A stretch of DNA of 64,000 nt from Deltaproteobacteria bacterium RIFCSPLOWO2_12_FULL_60_19 (GTDB lineage: Bacteria > Desulfobacterota > Binatia > UBA9968): contig MGSS01000037.1 of assembly GCA_001798595.1 (NCBI GenBank), forward strand, positions 33,477-97,476, given 5' to 3'. The notes under the pieces are model-generated. The model saw nothing but the letters and a program-made list of their open reading frames with translations, had not been told where the DNA came from and made no database searches. The stretch's first letter is position 1. Every line of letters begins with the position of its first letter. This document shows positions 28,811 to 40,481 of this stretch, one piece after another. Made by a program: the position numbers and the translations under genes.

Positions 28811-28896
28811 TCCTCGCTATGCTCGGAATCTCAGATCTCATATGGCAAATCTCAAATCTGGAATTTGAGATCTGAGATTTGAGATGCCCGCAGGGC
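28811..28896 (-). repeat. Family-C hairpin (AGATYTS heptamer-rich), fills the intergenic spacer
   Basis: TCCTCGCT..GCTCGGAATCTC...GAGAT(G)CCCG(A/C)AGGGC ends shared with 26210-26294 and 30497-30590. Confidence 0.85.
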
Positions 28897-30369
28897 CTAT
28901 TCTCCCCCCACCGCCTCCGACTGCGTCTCGGTGGCGATGACGACCGACTTTGATTCCGTGTAGTGCTCGATCGCCTCTTCGCCGTGCTCCTTGCCGATGC
29001 CGCTCTGCTTTACTCCGCCGAACGGCAACTCGTCGTAGATGATCTGCGCCGAGTTGATCCAGGTGTAACCGGCCTCGATCTCTTCCGCGGCGAGCATCGC
29101 TTTGTTGATGTTGCGCGTCCAGACCGAGGAGCCAAGACCGAAGATCGAGCTATTTGCCTGCCGGATGCCGTCTTCCAAATCTTTAACCCGAACGATCGGC
29201 AGCGCCGGGCCGAAAACTTCCTCTTTGATCATCCGGGACTCCGGATCGACGTCGGCGACGAGTGTCGGCAACAGGTAGAAGCCTTTGTCGTAGGCGCCGC
29301 CTTTGGGCCGCTCCGCGCCGAGGAGCAGCTTCCCGCCGCGCTTGACCGCGTCTTCTACCTGCTCTTCGACCTCTTTGCGTTGTTCGGCGGTGTGGAGCGG
29401 CCCCATGATCGTCTCACGGTCCAGGCCGTTGCCGATTCTCAGCTTTTTGACTTTCTCGACCAACTTCTCGATGAATACGTCGGCGATCTTGTCGGCCAGA
29501 TAGAGTCGCTTAACGGCCAGGCAGGCCTGTCCGCAGTTGAAGAAGCGGCCGACGGAGGCGGCGCTCACCGCCCGGTCGATTTCCGCGTCCTCACAGACGA
29601 TCATCGGATCGCTGCCGCCGAGCTCCAGCGTTACGTGCTTGAAATCTTTCGCGGCCGACTGCATCACCCGTCTGCCGGTGTCGGTCGCGCCGGTGAAGCC
29701 GATCTTTCGCACCGTCGTATTGACGAGCAGCTCTTCGCCGACGACACTGCCCGGACCGGTGACGAGGTTAAGGACTCCTTTGGGGCCGCCGGCCGCCTGG
29801 ATCGCCTTGTCGATCAGGTCGCAGCAGCGGATGTCGGTGAGCGGAGTCGTTCCCGCGGGCTTCACCACGACCGTATTGCCGGCCAAGAGCGCAGGGCCGA
29901 GCTTGTTGCCCATGAGGGAGACCGGAAAATTCCACGGCACGATCGCGCCGCAGACACCCAGCGGCTTGCGCAGGACGAGGCCGTGCCGTCCGTGGTCGAG
30001 CACCACCGCGGCGGTGCGGAGGCTCTTCGCCATGCCGCCGTAATGGTCGAGCGTGTGGACGAAGCGGCGAATCTCCAGGATCGACTCACGGAACGGTTTT
30101 CCCTGCTCCTTCGTCAGCAGAGTCGCCAACTCTTTTTCCTGTTCGAGAATCAGCCGGCCGGCCGCGAGCAGGGCGGCGCCGCGCTTGGACGGGGCCATCT
30201 GGGACCATTTTTTCAGCGCGCCGGCGGCGACGTCGATAGCTTTGCGGATGTCGTTGACGGTTCCCTTGGGGACGGTGTCGACTACTTCGCCGGTGGCCGG
30301 ATTACGCACCTCGGTCGTCTGTTTGCTCTCCGAGTCCAGATACTCGCCGGCAACAAAAAATTTCGCCAT
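28897..30369 (-). CDS. NAD(P)-dependent aldehyde dehydrogenase
   Basis: IVPWNFP, FTGA, LELGGSD, NCGQAC, EEVFGP, PFGGVKQSG; GGAGG RBS. Confidence 0.95.
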   Translation of the reverse strand: MAKFFVAGEYLDSESKQTTEVRNPATGEVVDTVPKGTVNDIRKAIDVAAGALKKWSQMAPSKRGAALLAAGRLILEQEKELATLLTKEQGKPFRESILEIRRFVHTLDHYGGMAKSLRTAAVVLDHGRHGLVLRKPLGVCGAIVPWNFPVSLMGNKLGPALLAGNTVVVKPAGTTPLTDIRCCDLIDKAIQAAGGPKGVLNLVTGPGSVVGEELLVNTTVRKIGFTGATDTGRRVMQSAAKDFKHVTLELGGSDPMIVCEDAEIDRAVSAASVGRFFNCGQACLAVKRLYLADKIADVFIEKLVEKVKKLRIGNGLDRETIMGPLHTAEQRKEVEEQVEDAVKRGGKLLLGAERPKGGAYDKGFYLLPTLVADVDPESRMIKEEVFGPALPIVRVKDLEDGIRQANSSIFGLGSSVWTRNINKAMLAAEEIEAGYTWINSAQIIYDELPFGGVKQSGIGKEHGEEAIEHYTESKSVVIATETQSEAVGGE

Positions 30370-30448
30370 TTCTTTCCTCCAACAGTAAACTGAAATTAGA
30401 AAAGAATCATCTTCCCTCTGGAATGTCAAGAATTTGCAGGCCTTGGAA

Positions 30449-30639
30449 AAAGGCTCCGCCGCCGCCCGCCCGGGAATCTCACTCCGGACCGACAAGTCCT
30501 CGCTGCGCTCGGAATCTCTCCGCCAAAGTACTGTGGCGGACAGATCTCAGATCTGAGATTTGAGATTTGCCATTTGAGATCCCGAAGGGCTCGCGTCGGC
30601 CCTCCGAGAGACCCCCAGACGAGCGCTGGTGGAGGCTTT
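30449..30639 (-). repeat. Three-level nested hairpin: family-D arms, family-C cargo (30497-30590), TCCGCC/GGCGGA mini-hairpin (30519-30540)
   Basis: Arms match the reverse complement of the arms of 44207-44341; cargo matches 28811-28896. Confidence 0.8.
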
Positions 30640-30673
30640 GCAACCGGCGGCTGATTGGCTGTATGCAAGAGCA

Positions 30674-32254
30674 ATGAGCGGACTGCCGGGAACGCTGCCA
30701 GAGCTTTTGCGGGAACAGGCGGGAAAGAGTCCCAAAAGCCTCCTGCTTCTGTGCAACGACCTGAGGCTGACTTACGGAGAGTTCGAGGGCGAGGTCCGGC
30801 GCGTCGCCCATGCTTTTCTCCGCTTGGGCGTGAAGCGGGGCGACAAGGTTGCCCTGCTGCTCGACAACTGCCCGGAGTTTCTCTTTACCGTTTTTGCCGC
30901 GGCCGAGATCGGCGCGGTCTTCGTCCCGATCAACACCGCCTCTTCCGCCGAGGAGACAGGCTACGTCTTAGGCCACTCGGAATCGAGTTATCTCCTCACG
31001 AGTCAAGCCTTTGTCCCGCTGGTGGAGCGGATACGGGAGAGCGGCCCGCATTTAAGGCGCGTCATCTCGTTGCAGATGGATCATAGGGCGGAGTGCCTGT
31101 CGTGGGATGAGTTTCTTCGCGGGGCATCGACTGACTTCACGCCCAACGCCGTGCAACCGGACGACATCGCGTCGATCACATACACGTCCGGGACAACCGA
31201 CCACCCCAAAGGGGTCATGCTCACGCAATATGCCTACTCTTTCGCGCCGCAGAAGCGGGCCGAAGCTCTAGGATGGAATGAAACCGACCGGGCCTTCGTC
31301 ATGTTACCGCTGTTCCACGTCAACGCCCTCTGCCACATGGCGATCGCGATGATGTCGGTTGGCGGAAGCATATTATTAACAGAAAAATTCAGCGCCTCCC
31401 ATTTCTGGGATCAAGTCCGCGAGCACAACGTGACGACTTCGAGCCTGATGCGCACGATCCCGAATATTCTGCTGAATCTCCCGGAGCGGCCCGACGATGC
31501 CAGGAATTCGCTCCGCCTGGCCGTCGCGCTGCTCCCGCCCGAGGCCCATCTTCGCTTCGAAGAGCGCTTCGGCGTCACGGTCGTCGGCTCCTACAGCCTA
31601 ACGGAAGATCTGCTCAGCGTGATCGGTCTGCAGGATAAAACCAGAAGAAAACTCGGCAGTTGCGGCCTGCCCGTCGCGGCCGAGGTGCACCAGGTCAGGA
31701 TTCTCGATGAACGCGGCGCTGACTGCGCGCCTGGACAGTTGGGCGAGATCGCAAAACAAAGCCCGACGGTCATGAAGGGATACTACAAAAATAGTGCCGC
31801 CACTTCAGAGGCCCTGAGGGACGGTTGGCTCTACACCGGCGACCTCGGCTATCTCGACGACGACGGCTTCCTCTATTTCATCGACCGAAAGAAGGATGTC
31901 ATCAAACGCGGCGATGAGAATATCTCCGCGGAAGAGGTTGAGAGGGTCTTAAACTCCCATCCGCTGATCGCTGAATCCGCCGTCATCGGCGTCCCCGACC
32001 CGATCCGCCAGGAGGAAGTGAAGGCATGCATCGTCCTCAAGCCTCCCGCCACACTCGAAACTCTGCCGCCGGAAGAGATCTGGGCCTTTTGCAGCCAGCA
32101 CCTCGCCGCCTTCAAAATCCCGCGCTATCTCGAATACCGCGATTCTCTCCCCAAAACGCCGAGTTCGAAGGTGCAGAAGGGTGTTTTGCGGGGTGAGGCG
32201 CGGGAGCAAGGGCCGCATGTCTTCGATTCAGTCCAAGCGGGGAAAGGGAAGTAG
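30674..32254 (+). CDS. Acyl-CoA synthetase (CaiC/crotonobetaine-CoA ligase-like)
   Basis: YTSGTTDHPKG, LPLFHVNA, YSLTE, GWLYTGDLG, LPKTPSSK. Confidence 0.9.
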   Translation: MSGLPGTLPELLREQAGKSPKSLLLLCNDLRLTYGEFEGEVRRVAHAFLRLGVKRGDKVALLLDNCPEFLFTVFAAAEIGAVFVPINTASSAEETGYVLGHSESSYLLTSQAFVPLVERIRESGPHLRRVISLQMDHRAECLSWDEFLRGASTDFTPNAVQPDDIASITYTSGTTDHPKGVMLTQYAYSFAPQKRAEALGWNETDRAFVMLPLFHVNALCHMAIAMMSVGGSILLTEKFSASHFWDQVREHNVTTSSLMRTIPNILLNLPERPDDARNSLRLAVALLPPEAHLRFEERFGVTVVGSYSLTEDLLSVIGLQDKTRRKLGSCGLPVAAEVHQVRILDERGADCAPGQLGEIAKQSPTVMKGYYKNSAATSEALRDGWLYTGDLGYLDDDGFLYFIDRKKDVIKRGDENISAEEVERVLNSHPLIAESAVIGVPDPIRQEEVKACIVLKPPATLETLPPEEIWAFCSQHLAAFKIPRYLEYRDSLPKTPSSKVQKGVLRGEAREQGPHVFDSVQAGKGK

Positions 32255-32294
32255 GCTATTGGCCGATTTCCGGCTAAAAACCCGGCTACTTCCT

Positions 32295-32323
32295 TTGACA
32301 TCGGTTTTCCTGGGTGTTATAGA
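32295..32323 (+). promoter_or_regulatory. Putative sigma70 promoter for bactofilin/atp operon
   Basis: TTGACA-17 nt-TATAGA with TG extension. Confidence 0.55.
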
Positions 32324-32357
32324 AAAAATTCGTCTGTCAAGGGGGGGTCTTGCAGTC

Positions 32358-32885
32358 ATGGCCTGGTTTGGTCGCGGCCCCCGAGAATCCAAGGGGCTGG
32401 TTGAAGATCGACCCGATCTGAGCGAAAGTTCGGCGACGCTTGACGAAGGCGGCGTGATCGAGCTCTCGGGAGAGGAGACGGTTGCCTATCTCTATAAAGG
32501 GAGCCGGGTGACCGGCCGCTTGACATTCCACGGCGCCGCCCGGGTGGACGGCAACGTGGACGGGGAGGTGCTGTGCAACGGCATTCTCACGATCGGAGAA
32601 GGGGCGGAGATCCGGGCCAAGGTCTCAGGCGACGTGATTGTGATCCACGGCCAGGTGGAAGGGGACGTTACTGCGACGGATAAGATCGAGCTTGGCGCGC
32701 CGGCCCACGTCGTGGGCAACATCGTCGCCCCGCGAGTAGTCGTGACCGAAGGCGTGGTGTTCGACGGTTACTGCACGATGGGCGGGGCCAAGGAGAAACG
32801 CAAAGTCAAGAATCCGCTGAGTTCGACGAGCGAGAAGGTCTTTGAGAGCGGCGCTCCCAAATTCATTACGACATTGGAGAAATAG
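32358..32885 (+). CDS. Bactofilin (polymer-forming cytoskeletal protein)
   Basis: GSRVTGRL..VDGNVDGEV..IHGQVEGDV..VVGNI..EGVVFDGYC beta-helix repeats. Confidence 0.9.
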   Translation: MAWFGRGPRESKGLVEDRPDLSESSATLDEGGVIELSGEETVAYLYKGSRVTGRLTFHGAARVDGNVDGEVLCNGILTIGEGAEIRAKVSGDVIVIHGQVEGDVTATDKIELGAPAHVVGNIVAPRVVVTEGVVFDGYCTMGGAKEKRKVKNPLSSTSEKVFESGAPKFITTLEK

Positions 32886-33018
32886 CTTTCGGAACGCCGC
32901 CCGACTTTTCCCCACATCAGGTTATTTTCCACAGATCGCGTGGAACCAGGCTCATGGCCGATCGGCCGTAGGCCGTGGGCTTGACGAGACGTTTACAAGG
33001 CAGGTCGCCCGCTGATTT

Positions 33019-33447
33019 ATGATCAAGCTGGATTACACGTTCGTCGTACAAGCCGTTCTTTTTCTGGCTCTGTTATTTCTCTTAAGGCGGCTGCTTTTCA
33101 CGCCGTTTATCGCTCTACTCGAAGAGCGGGAGAAAAAGACCGAGGGGGCCAAGGCCGAGGCGACGGCGCTGATGGCGGAGGGCGAGCGGCAGCGCGCTGA
33201 GTATGAGAGCGCGGTGGCAGAAGCACGGGATCGGGGCGCGGCGCTTAAGGAGGGCATCCTGCAGGAGGCCCGCAGCGGGCGTGAGCGGATCCTGACCCAC
33301 GCGCGGGAGCAGGCGGCGAGCAAACTCGCCGCCGTGCGCGAGGAAGTTCGGCAAGAGATGGCCAAGGCCCGGCAGGTCGCCGCCCGCGAGGCCGAAGATA
33401 TCGCGCGCCAGATGGCGGAAAAAGTTTTGGGTAGGAAAATCGGATGA
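33019..33447 (+). CDS. ATP synthase F0 subunit b'
   Basis: N-terminal TM, LLFTP..LEERE, coiled coil, KVLGR. Confidence 0.88.
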   Translation: MIKLDYTFVVQAVLFLALLFLLRRLLFTPFIALLEEREKKTEGAKAEATALMAEGERQRAEYESAVAEARDRGAALKEGILQEARSGRERILTHAREQAASKLAAVREEVRQEMAKARQVAAREAEDIARQMAEKVLGRKIG

Positions 33448-33995
33448 GCTTCTTTATCGCCGTGCTGTTGACCGCGCTCTGGGCGGCGCATGCCGCCGCG
33501 GCCGAGGAGCATGCGCCCGCGATAGGCCAGCTCCTTTTTCCCCTCCTCAACTTTCTCATCTTCGTTTACCTCTTAAAGCGCTATTTACTCCCCTTCGCCA
33601 AAGAGTATCTTAAGTCGCGGCGAGAGCAGATCGTCGCCGCTCTGAAGGAGTCCGCTGACTCTAAACAGCGGGCCGAAGCGCTGGTCCGCGACTATAAGGG
33701 CCGGCTGCAACGGCTCGATCAAGAGACCCGAGAGATTCGCGACGCGCTCAAGGCGGAGGGAGAGAGAGAAAAGGCCGGGCTCTTGGCCGAGGCGGAGGAG
33801 TCGGCGGCGAGAATCAACGCCGACGCCGATTTTCTAGCCGATCAGGAGACCAAGCTGGCGCGGCAGGAGTTACGGAGAGAAATCGCGCGCGCGGCCCAAG
33901 CGTCCGCCGGAAAGCTCGTTCAGGATAACCTGACGGCCGCCGACCGGAGACGGATGGTGGAAGAGTTTCTGAGCGAGGTCGGGGGCGCGCGATGA
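33444..33995 (+). CDS. atpF: ATP synthase F0 subunit b
   Basis: LLNFLIF TM followed by coiled coil; operon position. Confidence 0.88.
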   Translation: MSFFIAVLLTALWAAHAAAAEEHAPAIGQLLFPLLNFLIFVYLLKRYLLPFAKEYLKSRREQIVAALKESADSKQRAEALVRDYKGRLQRLDQETREIRDALKAEGEREKAGLLAEAEESAARINADADFLADQETKLARQELRREIARAAQASAGKLVQDNLTAADRRRMVEEFLSEVGGAR

Positions 33996-34534
33996 TCGAG
34001 GGGAGCTTAAGCCGGCGCTACGCCAAGGCTCTTTTCCAGCTCGCGCTCGAGGCGAAGCGCGAGGAAGAGATCGGGCAGGAGATCGAGCGCTTCAGCTCCG
34101 TCTATGGGGCGACCGAATTGAGGCAGGTTCTTACCAATCCGGCCTTTTCCGCGGAAAATCGAAAGAATGTTCTCATTCAGATAGCGCGGAGTCTTAAGCT
34201 TTCGCCGCTGGTTGCTAATTCCGTGGCGTTCCTGCTCGAGCGCGATCGTCTGCCTTATCTTCCTTCCATTATCTCGCGCTACCGGAGACTGCTGGATGAG
34301 AAGAACGGCCGGGTGGAGGCGAAGCTCGTGGCGGCCGGCCCGGTGGAAGAGAACGACATCAAACGGCTCAGCGCGGCGCTGGAGAAGGTCTCGGGCAAAC
34401 AGGTGGTCCTCGGCCAGGAGAGCGATCCGAGCCTGGTCGGGGGATTGGTGATTCACCTGGAAGGCAAAGTTTACGACGGCAGCGTGCGGACCCAACTGGA
34501 AAAGATGAAAGAGCGCATCGAGCGCGGCTATTAG
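33992..34534 (+). CDS. atpH: ATP synthase F1 delta subunit
   Basis: RRYAKALF, DPSLVGG, YDGSVRTQL. Confidence 0.93.
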   Translation: MIEGSLSRRYAKALFQLALEAKREEEIGQEIERFSSVYGATELRQVLTNPAFSAENRKNVLIQIARSLKLSPLVANSVAFLLERDRLPYLPSIISRYRRLLDEKNGRVEAKLVAAGPVEENDIKRLSAALEKVSGKQVVLGQESDPSLVGGLVIHLEGKVYDGSVRTQLEKMKERIERGY

Positions 34535-34572
34535 CCCGGATCGGTCATGGGACGAGGAAGGACCAAGCCACA

Positions 34573-34681
34573 GTGTCGATCGAGGGGGCGAGCCATGAAG
34601 GGCGAGGGCACCGACCGCGAAGGTTGCCACAAGGTAGAGCCCTATTGTCCTCGACCGGAGAGGCTCGTCCCCGAGAGCGCG
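34573..34681 (+). repeat. Structured hairpin repeat, family A, copy 2 (inside atp operon)
   Basis: About 90% identical to 5844-5952. Confidence 0.9.
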
Positions 34682-34707
34682 CATAACCTAAGCTAGGGAG
34701 GATACTC

Positions 34708-36215
<1,508 letters not shown>

Positions 36216-36216
<1 letters not shown>

Positions 36217-37076
36217 TGGCCACTCTTAAAGCGATACGCAAGCGGATCGGCTCGATCCGCAACACGCAGCAGATCACCAAGGCGATGAAGATGGTCTCCG
36301 CCGCGAAGCTGCGCCGCGCGCAGGAGGCGGTGGTGCAGGCGCGGCCCTACGCCGAAAAGATGGCGGAGCTGTTTAACAACCTTTCCGCGCGCGTCTCCCG
36401 CGAGGCCCATCCGCTGCTGGGAGCGCGCGAGGAAAAACGGATTCAGCTCTTGTTGCTCACGTCGGACCGCGGGCTGTGCGGCGGTTACAACGCCAACTTG
36501 ATCCGGACGGCCGAGGGATTTATTCGCCGCGAAGGCGCCGGCAAAGAGATTCAGGTCGCGCTGGTGGGGCGCAAAGGGGCGGACCATTTTCGCCGGCGCA
36601 GGGCCGCGATCTCCGACCGCTACGTGAATATCCTCTCCACCCCCGCCGAAGAGCTGGCGGGCGAGCTGGCCCAGAAGCTGATCGGCCGCTTTGTCGGCGG
36701 CGAGACGGACGCGGTCTATATTCTCTACAGCCGCTTTCGATCGGCGCTGTCGCAAGTGCCGACGCTGGAGAAGCTGTTGCCCGTCGCCCTGTCGGAAAAA
36801 GAGAGCGCGGAACCGCTCACCGAGTATCTCTACGAGCCGGGGGTCAAGGAGCTGCTCGCGAGTCTTCTGCCAAAAGTGATCGAGGTCGGGATCTGCCGCG
36901 CGCTGTTGGAAGCCGCCGCCAGCGAACATGGCGCGCGCATGACGGCGATGGATTCGGCGACCACGAACGCGTCGAAGATGATGGGGAGCTTGACGCTCCA
37001 GATGAACCGGGCGCGCCAGGCTTCGATCACGCGGGAGTTGATGGAGATTGTCGGAACGGCGGAAGCGTTGAAGTGA
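36216..37076 (+). CDS. atpG: ATP synthase F1 gamma subunit
   Basis: QITKAMKMVSAAKL, DRGLCGG, RARQASITREL. Confidence 0.98.
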
Positions 37077-37082
37077 GAGGAT

Positions 37083-37295
37083 GAAAGCCGCCACCCGCTC
37101 TCCGAGCCTGCGCAATGGGTAGCTACTTATTCCCACCGGCAGTATCGGATGCCCAGGCTCCTCGAACGGGCGGCGGCTTTCTGTGCGAGGCCGAAGGGCG
37201 CGAGGGAGAGGGCCGCGGACGTCCGATGAGAATGGTTCGACTCATGGTAGCTACCTATCGGCCGCGGCCCGAAGACTCGCGCCGTGAGGGCTCGC
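37083..37295. repeat. Back-to-back hairpins: family B (37083-37181) and family E (37185-37295)
   Basis: Family B matches the reverse complement of 62704-62828; both hairpins contain a GGTAGCTAC(T/C)TAT motif. Confidence 0.85.
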
Positions 37296-37338
37296 TATCG
37301 GCGGAAACGAGCACGAACATGATACGCGGAGGTTTTGA

Positions 37339-38754
<1,416 letters not shown>

Positions 38755-38860
38755 GCAGTAAGAAGGCAGCAGGCAAAAGGCGCCGCCGGAGCAGAGGCTC
38801 CGCCAAAGGCGGATCAGTCCTTCGGCTGAGGATCAGCCTCCGGCTGAAGCAGGCAGTAAA
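38755..38860. repeat. Composite mini-hairpin cluster in atpD-atpC spacer
   Basis: TCCGCCAAAGGCGGA, tandem GGATCAGTCCTTCGGCTGA/GGATCAGCCTCCGGCTGA, flanked by AGGCAG(C/T) heptamer-like units. Confidence 0.6.
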
Positions 38861-38901
38861 AAACTAACGATCATGCCTGACGCCTTTGCATCGGTGGCAT
38901 A

Positions 38902-39318
38902 ATGGCAGGTAAGATAAGACTTAGACTGGTGACATTGAATCGGCTCTTGTTGGACGACGAGGTCGATGAAGTGACGGGGCCCGGCGCGTTGGGCGAGTTC
39001 GGCGTGCTGGCGCTGCACATTTCTTTTCTGACTCTGCTGGAGCCGGGAGAGATGAGTTACAAGCGCGGCGGCGAGCGGACGCATCTGGCGATCAGCGGGG
39101 GCTACGCCGAGGTCGTGGGCGATGTCATGACGGTGCTGGCGAGCGCCGCCGAGTTCAGCGGCGAGATCGACGTGGAGCGCGCTCGTCGGGCCAAAGAGCG
39201 CGCGGAGAAAAACCTGGGCGAATTGAGCCGTGAAGAAAAACAAGCGGTCGCGGCGGAAGCGGCCCTGCGGCGCGCGCTTGTGCGATTGCAGGTCGCGGGC
39301 AAAGAAGCGAGAAAATAG
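38902..39318 (+). CDS. atpC: ATP synthase F1 epsilon subunit
   Basis: GEFGVLALH, ISGGYAEV, EIDVERARRAKERAE. Confidence 0.95.
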   Translation: MAGKIRLRLVTLNRLLLDDEVDEVTGPGALGEFGVLALHISFLTLLEPGEMSYKRGGERTHLAISGGYAEVVGDVMTVLASAAEFSGEIDVERARRAKERAEKNLGELSREEKQAVAAEAALRRALVRLQVAGKEARK

Positions 39319-39335
39319 TTTCAGGAGGCAACGGT

Positions 39336-40466
39336 ATGGCAAATGCAGCGGCGCCTGCGCGCACGATGTGGAGTAAGAAGTTTTCCTATGACCTTTGGAT
39401 GGAGTCTGTCGGCTTGCCGATCCACAAGGGTTTTTACATCGAAGATATCAGAACGCTCGAACTGGCCTGGTGGGAGGAGCGGCAGTGCAACGCCGCCTTC
39501 ATCCAACTGATGGGGCAAGAGGGGGTGAGCGCCGCGCGGGTCACGGAGATCGCTCCGGGCAAGACCCTGCCGCCGGTCAAGTTCGCGCTCGACGAGATCG
39601 TCTACGTGGCTCAGGGGCGCGGTCTCGCCACGATCTGGGCGGGCAAAGACAGGCCGAAGAAGAACTTCGAATGGCAGGCCCACAGTATGTTCCTGATTCC
39701 GCACGGCTACACGCACCAGCTGAGCAACATGCAGGGCGACAAGCCGGTCCGGCTGCTCCACTACAGCTATCTTCCGCTCGCCTTGTCGGCGCTGCCCGAG
39801 CCGGATTTCTATTTCGGCAATCCCTATGAATTGAAAGCCGACTCCGCGGCCGAAGGCGATTTTTATTCCGAAGCCAAGGAAATTCAGGCGCAGGAGCGGG
39901 ACGAGTTTTTAAGCCTTAATTCCTTCTGGTACGGCAACTTCTTTCCAGACATGCGGGCCTGGGACCGGCTCGAGGCCAACAAGCGGCGAGGCGCCGGCGG
40001 CAAGACCGTCTATATTCAGTTCCCGCACTCGGAGCTCTCGGCGCACATGTCGGTCTTCGCCGCCCAGACCTACAAAAAGGCCCATCGTCACGGCCCGGGG
40101 CGCGTGATCGTGATCCCGGCCGGCGAGGGATACTCGATCATGTGGGAAGAGGGCAAAGAGAAGATCGTCTGTCCGTGGCACGAATGCAGCCTGCTCGTGC
40201 CGCCCAACAAATGGTTTCATCAGCATTTCAACGCCGGCGGGACTCCCGCGCGCTATCTCGCCTTTCATCCTCCCATGCAGTTCCACGGCCACGCCGAGAA
40301 GATCGAAGACCGGGCGAAGGATCAGTTCGAATATCCCGATGAAGATCCGTGGATCCGGAAAAAATTCGAGGAGGAGATGGGCAAGCGGGGACTCAAGTCG
40401 CTCATCCCTGCGGAAGCTTACACGGATCGCGACTTCGAATGGTCCAAGGGCATGGGAAAGAAGTGA
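39336..40466 (+). CDS. Bicupin protein, paralog 2
   Basis: KAHRHGPG...WFHQHFN; highly similar to 42944-44071. Confidence 0.85.
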   Translation: MANAAAPARTMWSKKFSYDLWMESVGLPIHKGFYIEDIRTLELAWWEERQCNAAFIQLMGQEGVSAARVTEIAPGKTLPPVKFALDEIVYVAQGRGLATIWAGKDRPKKNFEWQAHSMFLIPHGYTHQLSNMQGDKPVRLLHYSYLPLALSALPEPDFYFGNPYELKADSAAEGDFYSEAKEIQAQERDEFLSLNSFWYGNFFPDMRAWDRLEANKRRGAGGKTVYIQFPHSELSAHMSVFAAQTYKKAHRHGPGRVIVIPAGEGYSIMWEEGKEKIVCPWHECSLLVPPNKWFHQHFNAGGTPARYLAFHPPMQFHGHAEKIEDRAKDQFEYPDEDPWIRKKFEEEMGKRGLKSLIPAEAYTDRDFEWSKGMGKK

Positions 40467-40481
40467 GGTTGACGCGGCATC

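Noticed and set aside
32934-32948. Third parS site (GATCGCGTGGAAC)
   Set aside because: Only one half-site matches.
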